Below, piece after piece: positions 46,526 through 55,546 of a stretch of DNA of 64,000 bases. Source of the stretch: an uncultured Candidatus Saccharibacteria bacterium (lineage in GTDB: Bacteria > Patescibacteriota > Saccharimonadia > Saccharimonadales > JALRHH01); NCBI GenBank assembly GCA_964474995.1, contig CAYYUY010000003.1:25347-89346 (forward strand), in the 5' to 3' direction. The notes beneath the pieces are model-generated. The model was not told the origin of the DNA and searched no databases. It worked only from the letters and a program-made list of their open reading frames with translations. The stretch's first letter is position 1; the number at the start of each line of letters is the position of its first letter. The position numbers were made by a program, and so were the translations under genes.

Positions 46526-47376
46526 AGCTTCTAGTACTTGGGGGTACTGGTATGGCTGGGCACGTCGTTGCCACATACTTCCAAGAACATGGATACGATG
46601 TTGAAACAATCGCAAGTAGCCATAGATTAAATCAGACAACCCGGCTGATTGATGCCACAGACAAGAGTGAACTTCTAAGTGGGCTGGGGAACAAAGATTA
46701 TGACGTTGTGGTCAACTGTATCGGTCTGTTGGTACAAAAAAGTGAGGAGGAAAAAGAGAAGGCCTCATATCTCAATGCGTACCTACCCAGGTTACTTGAG
46801 AAATATTACCAAAACACGCAGACCAAAGTTATTCATATCAGCTCTGATGGCGTATTTTCTGGCGCACAGCCAGAGTACAAGGAAAACAGTCCATATGACG
46901 GCCAATCATTTTATAGCAGATCAAAAGCTTTGGGGGAAATAAATAACGCTAAGGATCTAACTATTCGAACCTCAATAGTTGGACCCGAATTATCCCTCAA
47001 TGGTCGTAGCCTTTTCGGCTGGTTTTTTAGACAGACAGAGGAAATACAAGGATATACTAACAGTTTCTGGAAGGGTATCACCACCGTTGAGCTTGCGAAA
47101 GCTATCGAAGCCATGATTGAACAGAATATTTCCGGTATCTACCATCTAGTTCCTTCCGCCAAGATTTCTAAGTTTGACCTGCTTTCATTATTCAAGGAAG
47201 TACTTAAAAGACACAATCTACAGATAATGCCCTCCTCTGCTACTGGAAACAACGCCCTCCTGCTCAATACCCGCCAAGATTTCACATATACATTACCTGG
47301 CTATCAGGACATGGTGAACGATATGTTGGCGTGGATTCAAAGTCACGAAGAACTTTACCCCCACTATTGTTCCTAG
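46522..47376 (+). CDS. RmlD-like nucleotide-sugar 4-reductase (SDR)
   Basis: VLGGTGMAGHVV and the YSRSK (YxxxK) motif in a 284-aa protein. It is translationally coupled to the FnlA-like gene (ATGA overlap). Confidence 0.7.
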   Translation: MKLLVLGGTGMAGHVVATYFQEHGYDVETIASSHRLNQTTRLIDATDKSELLSGLGNKDYDVVVNCIGLLVQKSEEEKEKASYLNAYLPRLLEKYYQNTQTKVIHISSDGVFSGAQPEYKENSPYDGQSFYSRSKALGEINNAKDLTIRTSIVGPELSLNGRSLFGWFFRQTEEIQGYTNSFWKGITTVELAKAIEAMIEQNISGIYHLVPSAKISKFDLLSLFKEVLKRHNLQIMPSSATGNNALLLNTRQDFTYTLPGYQDMVNDMLAWIQSHEELYPHYCS

Positions 47377-48629
47377 GGGTTAGAGACTTCGTCCGCAATG
47401 CGTACAACAGGAAGAGGAATAATAAACTTACCTCCATTGTTTGTATACTCCTGGTTTTTGAACATAATTTCATTAGCAAATGCCCAGGCAAATAACAGAA
47501 TATAGTCTGGATTATCTGTTTTTAATATTTTATTGTTCTTGATTTGCAGATGAGAGCCAGGGGTATAGAGTCCAAGCTTTGCCGGCGCATCGTCAATGAT
47601 GTAATCCAGGTAATTGCCAGTGATACCACAGTACTGAATTATAGTATTCGCCCGACCGGAAGCCCCATAGCCAACGATTCTCTTTCCCGCTTTCTTGAGC
47701 TCTTCAATAAGACTCATGAGCTCTCTCTTTTTAACAGCAATGTTGGATGCAAATTTTTTATATGTTTCTGGTTTATCGTAGCCTAGTTCTTTTTCACGAT
47801 TTCGGAGCTCCTTTACGCTAACAGAAACGTTCTGTGCGTGAATACTTTCTTTTTTAGTCGCATAATAGCGTATGGAGCCTCCATGTATAGACACGGGCTT
47901 AACATCAAAAACAATCATCCCGTGACGTGCCAAATGATTTTCAAGTGCCAATAGAGAATAGTAATATATATGCTCGTGGTAAATGAAATCATACTGCTGT
48001 TCTTCAATGATTTTTCCAAGATAATGTACTTCAAATATAAACACACCACTGTCCTTAAGGACATTCTTAACAGCTTCAGTGGTACCATTAATGTCTGAAA
48101 TGTGAGCGAATACATTATTCGCCATCACAACGTCGGCCTTGCCATGTTTTTCGATTATTGAATCTGCTGCAGGTACATTAAAGAAATCGTTGATGAGTGT
48201 GAGTCGGCTATCGTCAATACCTTGGACGATATTTTTCGCAGGGTCTACACCGATCACCTTACCGATACCGAGGTCTGCAAGCGGCCTTAGAAGCACACCG
48301 TCGTTGCTACCAAATTCTAGTACCACAGCTTCTTCGGCGTTAGTAATGAAGCGTTGCGTGACTTCACCAGCATAATTAGTAAAATGATCTCTTAGAGTCT
48401 TAATAGCTGAAGAAAAGTAAAAATCTGTTTCAAAAAGAACCTCTGGATCAATGTGGTCCCTTACCTGGACTGCATAACATGTTTCGCAGAAGTCAACAGC
48501 AAGCGGATACTTCTTCTCATTTGGTATATCCTCTTTTTGCAAAAATGCACCAGCTATAGCCACCTCGCCAAAGTCTACAACCTCAAGTAGCTCGCTACTA
48601 CCACAGAAGACACATGTATATTCTTTCAC
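47373..48629 (-). CDS. NDP-hexose C-methyltransferase-family protein (TylCIII-like)
   Basis: It has an N-terminal Zn motif (CVFCGS...CETC), a class I SAM domain (LEFGSNDG) and a C-terminal C-methyltransferase-type domain. It has a GTG start with a GGAG Shine-Dalgarno. Confidence 0.7.
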   Translation of the reverse strand: MKEYTCVFCGSSELLEVVDFGEVAIAGAFLQKEDIPNEKKYPLAVDFCETCYAVQVRDHIDPEVLFETDFYFSSAIKTLRDHFTNYAGEVTQRFITNAEEAVVLEFGSNDGVLLRPLADLGIGKVIGVDPAKNIVQGIDDSRLTLINDFFNVPAADSIIEKHGKADVVMANNVFAHISDINGTTEAVKNVLKDSGVFIFEVHYLGKIIEEQQYDFIYHEHIYYYSLLALENHLARHGMIVFDVKPVSIHGGSIRYYATKKESIHAQNVSVSVKELRNREKELGYDKPETYKKFASNIAVKKRELMSLIEELKKAGKRIVGYGASGRANTIIQYCGITGNYLDYIIDDAPAKLGLYTPGSHLQIKNNKILKTDNPDYILLFAWAFANEIMFKNQEYTNNGGKFIIPLPVVRIADEVSNP

Positions 48630-48697
48630 CGATGCTCCTTTTGTATTTGAAATAATGATAAGCTTATTTTACTAGAGTATAGGTTAAGTAGGAAGAT

Positions 48698-49657
48698 ATG
48701 ACAGATAATAAAAGTAGTAAGGGATCAAAAGTGGGTATCTTCATGCCCTGCTACAACATGGGGGACTATCTTGACGAGTCTCTTGATTCGCTCTACAAGC
48801 AATCATTTAACGACTTCACCGTCATCATTGCAGATGACGCATCCCCCGCTAAAAGCACCGTGAAGAAACTTTCCAAGATTAGCCGACCAGGGTGCAAGAT
48901 TTATTACGAAAAAAAGAATCTTGGGCTAATTAGAATCTCCAACAAATACATGAGCAAGTTGGACGCTGAATATATTATGCTATTCAGCCCTGACGATAAG
49001 CTACACCCAGATTTTCTGAAAGTTCAAGTTTCCTACTTGGATGCCAATCCGGATGTTCACGCTGTGTGTACCTGGATTCAGGAATTCGGCGATGGCCATG
49101 ACCTCATAGAGTACAACGACGACTTGTGCGGGCTCCCATACATGCTTGTAAAGAACCATTTTTCTGGTGCTGCACTTATCAGAAAAACTGCGTGGCTCGC
49201 AGCCGGGAAGTATGACACCAATAAAGACTTCTACCCGAACTTGGACTACGAATTATGGATGTCGATGTTAGAAAAAGGGTTCAAGCTAAGAACGATTCCA
49301 AAACCCTACTTTTACTGGAGGGTGGTACGAAGCTCACTCAGTCATCGTATGGGCCCAAAACAGATACTTATATTTCACAAGGCGCTTCTCGAAAAGTATT
49401 CGACTATGTATCGCAAACATTATGACTTTGTCATAAATCATAATCTGGAAATAATAAGTAAATTTGAAGAATACTACAGCATGAGTGAGGAAGGTCATGA
49501 CTGGCTAGATAAACAGTACAAAAATCTTACTAGGGAAGTGGAACGACTCTCTGAAGAAAATTCATCACTAGTAGCCCGCCTTAACCACTCTATCCAACGC
49601 CCTTATATTCGTTCTATTGCTGGCAAGACAAAACGCTATATGAAACGACATTCCTAA
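48698..49657 (+). CDS. GT2 glycosyltransferase with a C-terminal coiled coil
   Basis: GIFMPCYNMGDYLDESLDSLYKQSFNDFTVIIADDAS is the GT2 signature. The C-terminal KQYKNLTREVERLSEENSSLVARL is heptad-like. Confidence 0.75.
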   Translation: MTDNKSSKGSKVGIFMPCYNMGDYLDESLDSLYKQSFNDFTVIIADDASPAKSTVKKLSKISRPGCKIYYEKKNLGLIRISNKYMSKLDAEYIMLFSPDDKLHPDFLKVQVSYLDANPDVHAVCTWIQEFGDGHDLIEYNDDLCGLPYMLVKNHFSGAALIRKTAWLAAGKYDTNKDFYPNLDYELWMSMLEKGFKLRTIPKPYFYWRVVRSSLSHRMGPKQILIFHKALLEKYSTMYRKHYDFVINHNLEIISKFEEYYSMSEEGHDWLDKQYKNLTREVERLSEENSSLVARLNHSIQRPYIRSIAGKTKRYMKRHS

Positions 49658-49669
49658 AAGAGCTTTGAC

Positions 49670-50842
49670 TTAGGAGTCAATTACTTTGTAGTCTACAGGG
49701 ACTAGACCACTCCAGCCAGGTATACCTGGTGCTCTATCAGTTGTTATAACAAAGTCTGGCCCTATAACAACATCACCGACGGCGGCTGCATCCTTGTCAA
49801 CAGCCTGAATAAGAGTGTAGTATTTGCCTTTTGAAAACAGAGCTCTTACCTCAACGGTCGATTCACCAGTACTTGCAGGAATGCGGAAGCCCGTGACATG
49901 TTCACCTGATTGCTTATAAATGTTAATAACTAAGTATTGGAAGTCATCTCGCTTAGTGTAGTTAGTCAGAATGCTTATCAAATCTCCGCACTTAAACAGT
50001 GCAGTCTTTTTGTTTGATTTATCCCGGTACGTTATCTTCAGCCCGAGATGATTATCGGCGGGATTTAAAGCATTACTGAGCATGTTACTCTCTGTTTTAT
50101 CCAGGTTGAGCTTGCTGTACTTTTCGGCAACCACGCTTGGATTCCCAATTTCGACTATCTCCCCTTCGCTGATGAGCATTGCTCTACTGCAAAACTTTTT
50201 TACACTTTCCATGTCATGGGTAACTAAGATGACTGTTTGTTTCTCTGCTTTATACTTCTCAAATACATCCACACACTTCTGTTGGAAAGCTTCGTCACCA
50301 ACTGCAAGAACTTCATCGAGAAGTAAGATATCGCCCTTTGCCCGAATTGCGATAGAGAAAGCCAAACGAACCTGCATACCCGAAGAATAATTTTTGAGCT
50401 TCTGGTCCATGAAACGCTCTATCTCAGCAAACTCAACAATTTCATCGTACATTGCCTCTACTTCAGACTTAGAGAAACCAAGTAATGCGCCATTAAGAAA
50501 AACATTCTCCCGTCCAGTAAGCTCTGGGTTGAAACCAACACCTAACTCAATAAAGGGTATAAGCTTACCCTCAACCTTGATTGAGCCATTGTTGGGAGTA
50601 TAAATTTCTGCCAGTAGTTTCAGTAGTGTGCTTTTACCACTACCGTTGCGGCCAACAATACCAAAGAATTCACCTTTGTGAATCTGAAATGATACGTCTT
50701 TCAGTACTTGTTGTTTTTCATAACTTCGTGATGATGCCCGGAAGCGACTTACGAACAAGCTCTTTATAGAGCCATGTTTTTCATGTGGCAGCTTAAACGA
50801 TTTGCTGACGTTAGATACATTAATGACAACTTCTTCTGACAC
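49670..50842 (-). CDS. polysaccharide/teichoic-acid ABC exporter ATPase (Wzt/TagH-like) with an extra C-terminal domain
   Basis: It has Walker A GRNGSGKST, the signature YSSGMQVRLAF and Walker B ILLLDE. About 150 further residues have beta-rich character, as in Wzt carbohydrate-binding domains. Confidence 0.85.
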   Translation of the reverse strand: MSEEVVINVSNVSKSFKLPHEKHGSIKSLFVSRFRASSRSYEKQQVLKDVSFQIHKGEFFGIVGRNGSGKSTLLKLLAEIYTPNNGSIKVEGKLIPFIELGVGFNPELTGRENVFLNGALLGFSKSEVEAMYDEIVEFAEIERFMDQKLKNYSSGMQVRLAFSIAIRAKGDILLLDEVLAVGDEAFQQKCVDVFEKYKAEKQTVILVTHDMESVKKFCSRAMLISEGEIVEIGNPSVVAEKYSKLNLDKTESNMLSNALNPADNHLGLKITYRDKSNKKTALFKCGDLISILTNYTKRDDFQYLVINIYKQSGEHVTGFRIPASTGESTVEVRALFSKGKYYTLIQAVDKDAAAVGDVVIGPDFVITTDRAPGIPGWSGLVPVDYKVIDS

Positions 50843-51657
50843 TACAAATTCTCCGCAAAATCTTTGGCTTCACGCTTGAAATAAAGCAACCCAATGATAA
50901 AAATAAGCGCCGTAGCGACATATGGTATCAACCGTACTTTGTCAAAGCCAAAGACAGTGCCAATCGTTGATGAGCTATGGGTAATCAGTGCATACCGGGC
51001 GTCCTGGATGGACATAGCCACTGGATTTAACAACATAATCTTTTGGAAGTTTATGTTAGTTATGACTGCTATCGGGTAGATGATAGGTGTTATATAAAAG
51101 CCCGCCTGAAGTACGACTTCCCATATATAACTAACGTCTCGATACTTCACAAATGCAGTTGCCAGAAAGAGCGACACTCCGAGAGAGAAAACATAGAGTT
51201 GTAAGAGTATAAAAGGCAGGAGCAACACGCTTCGCATAAGATCGACATGAGTGAAGACCATAAAAACGGATACAACTAGGAGGTTAAGTGCGAGATTGAT
51301 AAGTGCAGAGATACTGCTACTCAGTACGATGATCCATCGCGGGATACGGATCTTTCGTATCAAGTCTCCCCTATCAACAATCGAGCCAAGGCTTTGGCTG
51401 GTCATTTCGCTAAAGAAGTTCCACATTACAATTCCGAGCAACAAATAAACTGGAAAGTGTGGAATACTGCCACCAGTCTTAAGACCTTTTACAAATACGA
51501 GATAAAGCACAACAAATAGCAGTAACGGTCGCAGCAATGACCATGCGTAGCCAAGAACCGATCCTTGATAGCGAAGCTTGAAGTCGGTGATAACGAGCTG
51601 CCTTAGGAGAATTGCAGAATTTCGAAAGTGTAGGTGTAGGTCTTTATTGGGTCTCAC
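50842..51657 (-). CDS. ABC-2 type polysaccharide exporter permease (Wzm/TagG-like)
   Basis: 271 aa with six TM helices, immediately upstream of and overlapping the ATPase gene. Confidence 0.8.
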   Translation of the reverse strand: MRPNKDLHLHFRNSAILLRQLVITDFKLRYQGSVLGYAWSLLRPLLLFVVLYLVFVKGLKTGGSIPHFPVYLLLGIVMWNFFSEMTSQSLGSIVDRGDLIRKIRIPRWIIVLSSSISALINLALNLLVVSVFMVFTHVDLMRSVLLLPFILLQLYVFSLGVSLFLATAFVKYRDVSYIWEVVLQAGFYITPIIYPIAVITNINFQKIMLLNPVAMSIQDARYALITHSSSTIGTVFGFDKVRLIPYVATALIFIIGLLYFKREAKDFAENL

Positions 51658-51714
51658 GTAGCATTATTTTACACTAATTTGCCCCTAGAGCACACCAGGT
51701 CATACAATAGTGTG

Positions 51715-52857
51715 ATGAGCAAAACGATACTTTTGGTACGAAACGCCTTTGCGCATGATTTTGGTGGTGGCGAAAGGGTGCCCGTAAATATCGCGACCGA
51801 GTTACGGAAGAATGGGCTTCATCCGATTATCGTCTCAAGATCCCCAAAGCTACTAGCCTTTGCGCAAGAAAAGGGTCTCGACTCCATTCGTGGATGGTGG
51901 TGGTCCAAGCAGGATTGGAGTGGTGTCAATAATGTACTGACTCCTTTTTACATATTCTGGCAATTACTGCTCACTCTTTGGTATCTTCAGCTTATTGTCA
52001 GGACTTCGGCAACTGTTGTACACCTGCAAAGTAAGGATGACTTCATTGCAGGAACCATAGCCGCCAAACTACTCCGTCGTAGAGTCATTTGGAGTGATTA
52101 TGCCGACCTGAAATATGTATATCAAAACAATACGGTTTGGTATAAAAATCCTATCGGTAAAGTTGTTTGGTATCTTAGTCGCTATGCATCATCCATCATA
52201 CTCACGAGCCAAAGTGACAAAAACTTTATCGAAACAAGTCTAGGTCATGCTCTGCCGGAGCGATACAAGATCGTCCATTACGGCGTTAACTCTGAAGAAA
52301 TTCCGATAATCAAACGCCCAACCAGTGATAAAGAGGCGGTTATTTTTGCAGCAACTTCTCGACTAGTAATAGCCAAAGGTATTGGCGAACTAATTGAAGC
52401 TTTCAACACTATTAGTGTAAGCCGAGACAATATCCGTTTATGGCTATTTGGTGAAGGGCCTGATGCAGAGCAATTCAAAGCTGTAGCAGCCACAAATAAA
52501 CATATCGTTTTCCGGGGCTTTCCAGACGATACCCTTTCTCGAGTCGCAGATGTTGATGTATTTGTTCATCCGAGCTATCTCGAAGGATTCAGCATTTCTC
52601 TCGTTGAAGCTGCCAAGCTAGGTCTACCAATAATCGCCTGTGATGTTGGTGGCAACCCGGAACTAGTCGTGGATCACGAAAACGGTTTGTTAGTATCAGC
52701 CCAAGATGCAGTAGCACTCGCTGATGCCATGGCCTTCCTGGCAGACAACGAGAAGGCGCGCGAAGCGTACGGAAAGAAGGCGCGCGAAGCGTACGAATCC
52801 CGTTTAGTTTTTGAAAACATCATAAAAGATACGATAATCCCCTTATATGAAAAATAA
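51715..52857 (+). CDS. GT4 glycosyltransferase
   Basis: It has the motif HPSYLEGFSISLVEAAKLGLPIIACDVGGNPE. The ATG at 51715 lies 6 nt after TACAAT. Confidence 0.8.
   Translation: MSKTILLVRNAFAHDFGGGERVPVNIATELRKNGLHPIIVSRSPKLLAFAQEKGLDSIRGWWWSKQDWSGVNNVLTPFYIFWQLLLTLWYLQLIVRTSATVVHLQSKDDFIAGTIAAKLLRRRVIWSDYADLKYVYQNNTVWYKNPIGKVVWYLSRYASSIILTSQSDKNFIETSLGHALPERYKIVHYGVNSEEIPIIKRPTSDKEAVIFAATSRLVIAKGIGELIEAFNTISVSRDNIRLWLFGEGPDAEQFKAVAATNKHIVFRGFPDDTLSRVADVDVFVHPSYLEGFSISLVEAAKLGLPIIACDVGGNPELVVDHENGLLVSAQDAVALADAMAFLADNEKAREAYGKKAREAYESRLVFENIIKDTIIPLYEK
52751..52795 (+). repeat. in-frame tandem duplication (21-nt perfect copies, 24-nt period)
   Basis: AGAAGGCGCGCGAAGCGTACG occurs at 52751-52771 and again at 52775-52795. 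It encodes KAREAYGKKAREAY. Confidence 0.9.
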
Positions 52858-53980
52858 ACCTTTAACTCTACTGTTTGATGTCAGTCCGCTTGCCAATAAC
52901 AAGAAGTCGGGTGTGGGCTACTATACAGAGCGCCTTTTGGTGGCACTCGCTACCAAATACCCCAATGATCTGAGAATTGTTGGCCATTACTTTAACTTCC
53001 TAGACAAAAAGGACATATCACTCCCCGAGCTTCCGAACGTAACGTATCACCGCACAAAGTACTTCCCCTCAAAGGCTATCAATATTCTCAGGAGAGTTGG
53101 CATCGAACTCCCACTCGAGTTCTTTGTCCATACAAAAGGCGACTTTGCTGTCTATCCAAACTTTGTTAGCCCCCCAAGCCTGCGCAAGGTGCCATCGGCC
53201 GTCATCATTCACGACCTTGGTTACTTAGATTGCCCAGAGTATCTACAGCCTGGCAATCGATCATTCCTTGAACGCTACGTACCAAAATCAATTAACAGAT
53301 CTCGTCTAATCATTACTATCTCAGAAGCGACCAAAGCGGCTATCCAACATCACTATGGAACCGTGGACTCAAAGTTCATCATCACGCCTATACCGCCGCC
53401 AAAAGGATCTGTTGAAGTAACCGAACCATCTGGTATTACCGGCAAGTTCATACTATTTATCAGTACACTCGAACCTCGTAAAAACTTCATCGGGTTAGTA
53501 CGTGCCTACATGCTTCTGCCCGAAGCAACACGCAAAGAATACGGACTCGTACTTGCTGGTGGTCCAGGCTGGGACGTCGATGCAGATCTGGCTGAGATCA
53601 AAAAGCTCCAAGATTCAGGCGAAAATATCGTAACCACCGGCTATATATCAGAGCAAGAAAAAGCCTGGCTACTAAAAAATGCCAGCCTATTTGTTCTACC
53701 ATCACACTACGAAGGCTTTGGCATGCCAATTATTGAAGCAATGCAGGTTGGTACCCCAACTGCAGTCAGTGATATTGCGGTCTTTCGCGAAGTAAGTGGT
53801 GACGCCAGCGTGTTCTTTGATCACAACGAACCTGCGGCCATTGCCCAATCAATTGATACCGTGCTACACGACGAATCATTACAATCCAAGCTTCGTGACC
53901 TTGGCTTCAGGCAAGTAGCCAAGCTCGACTGGGACACTATCGCTGAAAAGGTATACCAGCGAATTCAGACCGAACTTTAG
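52847..53980 (+). CDS. GT4 glycosyltransferase
   Basis: It has the motif LPSHYEGFGMPIIEAMQVGTPTAVSD and overlaps the upstream GT gene by 11 nt. Confidence 0.8.
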   Translation: MKNKPLTLLFDVSPLANNKKSGVGYYTERLLVALATKYPNDLRIVGHYFNFLDKKDISLPELPNVTYHRTKYFPSKAINILRRVGIELPLEFFVHTKGDFAVYPNFVSPPSLRKVPSAVIIHDLGYLDCPEYLQPGNRSFLERYVPKSINRSRLIITISEATKAAIQHHYGTVDSKFIITPIPPPKGSVEVTEPSGITGKFILFISTLEPRKNFIGLVRAYMLLPEATRKEYGLVLAGGPGWDVDADLAEIKKLQDSGENIVTTGYISEQEKAWLLKNASLFVLPSHYEGFGMPIIEAMQVGTPTAVSDIAVFREVSGDASVFFDHNEPAAIAQSIDTVLHDESLQSKLRDLGFRQVAKLDWDTIAEKVYQRIQTEL

Positions 53981-53985
53981 TAACG

Positions 53986-54216
53986 CTATTGAAGCGCTAC
54001 GTGACCGACAGATTCTAGCGTAGCCATGCGAGACTCTACCTCACCAAGTGACGAAGTGTGGAGTGATTCAAGACTGTCATAACCAAGTACCGCTACAAGT
54101 TCTTCTCGGTAAGCTAGTGTCGCCAGACTGTGCTTATACACAGCATCCTGGTCAACTTGTAGACCGTGAGCTTCAACAAATTGCTTTAATGATCCTGGGT
54201 TGCTCTCGAGTGCCAT
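53986..54216 (-). CDS. hypothetical small protein
   Basis: 76-aa ORF with an ATG start, 5 nt downstream of the ligase-like gene. I recognised no motif. Confidence 0.35.
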   Translation of the reverse strand: MALESNPGSLKQFVEAHGLQVDQDAVYKHSLATLAYREELVAVLGYDSLESLHTSSLGEVESRMATLESVGHVALQ

Positions 54217-54221
54217 TGTCT

Positions 54222-55529
54222 TTACCTCTTACTTTTTGCTTTTTTCATAATAGCACTTGGACTGGCCTTCAGCCCTAGCATGATTCCGGCTAGCAACCAC
54301 CACTGCGTTGCAACTGCTTCGTTGGCCCACGTATGGAGCAATAAATTACAAACACCGTAGCCGATGAAGGCGCTATAGAGTATTTTGGCTTCTGGCGTAC
54401 CTACGGCTTTGAGCTGCAAGAATACCGCCAAACACAGAGCTAGGAATAGTAGCAAACCAGCAACGCCAAGCTCGTAACCGAGCTGCACATAATAGTCTTC
54501 GGTAATGAATGGCTTGTCTGTATGTACTGAGACTGGTCCAGCAGTTCCAGGACCGTGGCCTTGTGGCTGCTTGGCAATGGCTTTTATACCCTCTGTTGTG
54601 TATGAAAGATGCTTCTGGTCAGAACCTTGTCCAACCGTATGCTCATCACTGTGAAACAGGGTATTTTGCACAAAATACTGACCCCGGAGCATGAATAGTC
54701 CGGCAGTAACGAACACAACCAGCAGCGTAAGCCATATGACATGTCGCCTTGCAAACATCAACAACCACTTGCCATGTATTACGGACACCGATAAAAGGCC
54801 GCTGATGAATAGTCCGAGCCATGCACTTCGTGAAAATGTCAGTAACAGCACCAGCACATGCAACATAAGCAGGCCACCAATCAATAACCTTCGGCGAGAC
54901 TCTACAAACTTATATGCCAGTAAAAGAATTGGAACAATCAGAAATGCCCCAAGTGAGTTTGGCTCACGCAATGTTGCCATCACTCGTGGTAAGTTTGGTT
55001 TGTTATCAATCAAAAAGCTCGGTTTTGCACCCCTCGCCTCAGAATAACCAAAGTGAGATAACGTATTGATTGGCAGAAAATACTGCACGAGGCCAATCAG
55101 CGCCACCACAGTGCTCACGATGAGTACCAACCTAATTATTCTGTTGAGGTCTAGCTTCTTTCCAAATAACAATGCGGCCGAGAGTCCTATGATCAGCAAC
55201 AAAAAGAGTCGGACGTTATAGACGGCAGCCAGCGCTGCAACGCTCAGGCTTGTATGCCGAAACGCAGCATAGAGCAGGATATGTAGCAGTGCGTATGCAG
55301 CAACTGCTCCCACATACCAGTTAAACTTGCTGTCTTTATAAGCTCGAGTGCGCCAGACCAACAGTACGCAAAGTGTTGCCAGCCCAGCGATGACTACATC
55401 TTTTGCCAGCTTCCATACAGACAGACCGCCCGTGACCAGGCTCAAGGATTGAGACAGAAAAACGTGGAAGGGCATGTAGATTAACAGGGCATAGATACCC
55501 CAAAGCGGTAGGTGTTTCGGTCGTTGCAC
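54222..55529 (-). CDS. O-antigen ligase/polymerase-like (Wzy_C) membrane protein
   Basis: 435 aa with more than 10 TM helices. It has a central loop after the TFSRSAWLG motif, which is typical of the O-antigen ligase family. Confidence 0.7.
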   Translation of the reverse strand: MQRPKHLPLWGIYALLIYMPFHVFLSQSLSLVTGGLSVWKLAKDVVIAGLATLCVLLVWRTRAYKDSKFNWYVGAVAAYALLHILLYAAFRHTSLSVAALAAVYNVRLFLLLIIGLSAALLFGKKLDLNRIIRLVLIVSTVVALIGLVQYFLPINTLSHFGYSEARGAKPSFLIDNKPNLPRVMATLREPNSLGAFLIVPILLLAYKFVESRRRLLIGGLLMLHVLVLLLTFSRSAWLGLFISGLLSVSVIHGKWLLMFARRHVIWLTLLVVFVTAGLFMLRGQYFVQNTLFHSDEHTVGQGSDQKHLSYTTEGIKAIAKQPQGHGPGTAGPVSVHTDKPFITEDYYVQLGYELGVAGLLLFLALCLAVFLQLKAVGTPEAKILYSAFIGYGVCNLLLHTWANEAVATQWWLLAGIMLGLKASPSAIMKKAKSKR

Positions 55530-55546
55530 CCTATAATTGTACGATA

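Noticed and set aside
36577-47376. A complete decaprenyl-phospho-arabinose (DPA) pathway.
   Set aside because: No FAD-dependent DprE1-like oxidase is present in the window. The SDR genes at 42189-43064 and 46522-47376 look like nucleotide-sugar enzymes rather than DprE2. Only the ribose-level part of the pathway is supported.
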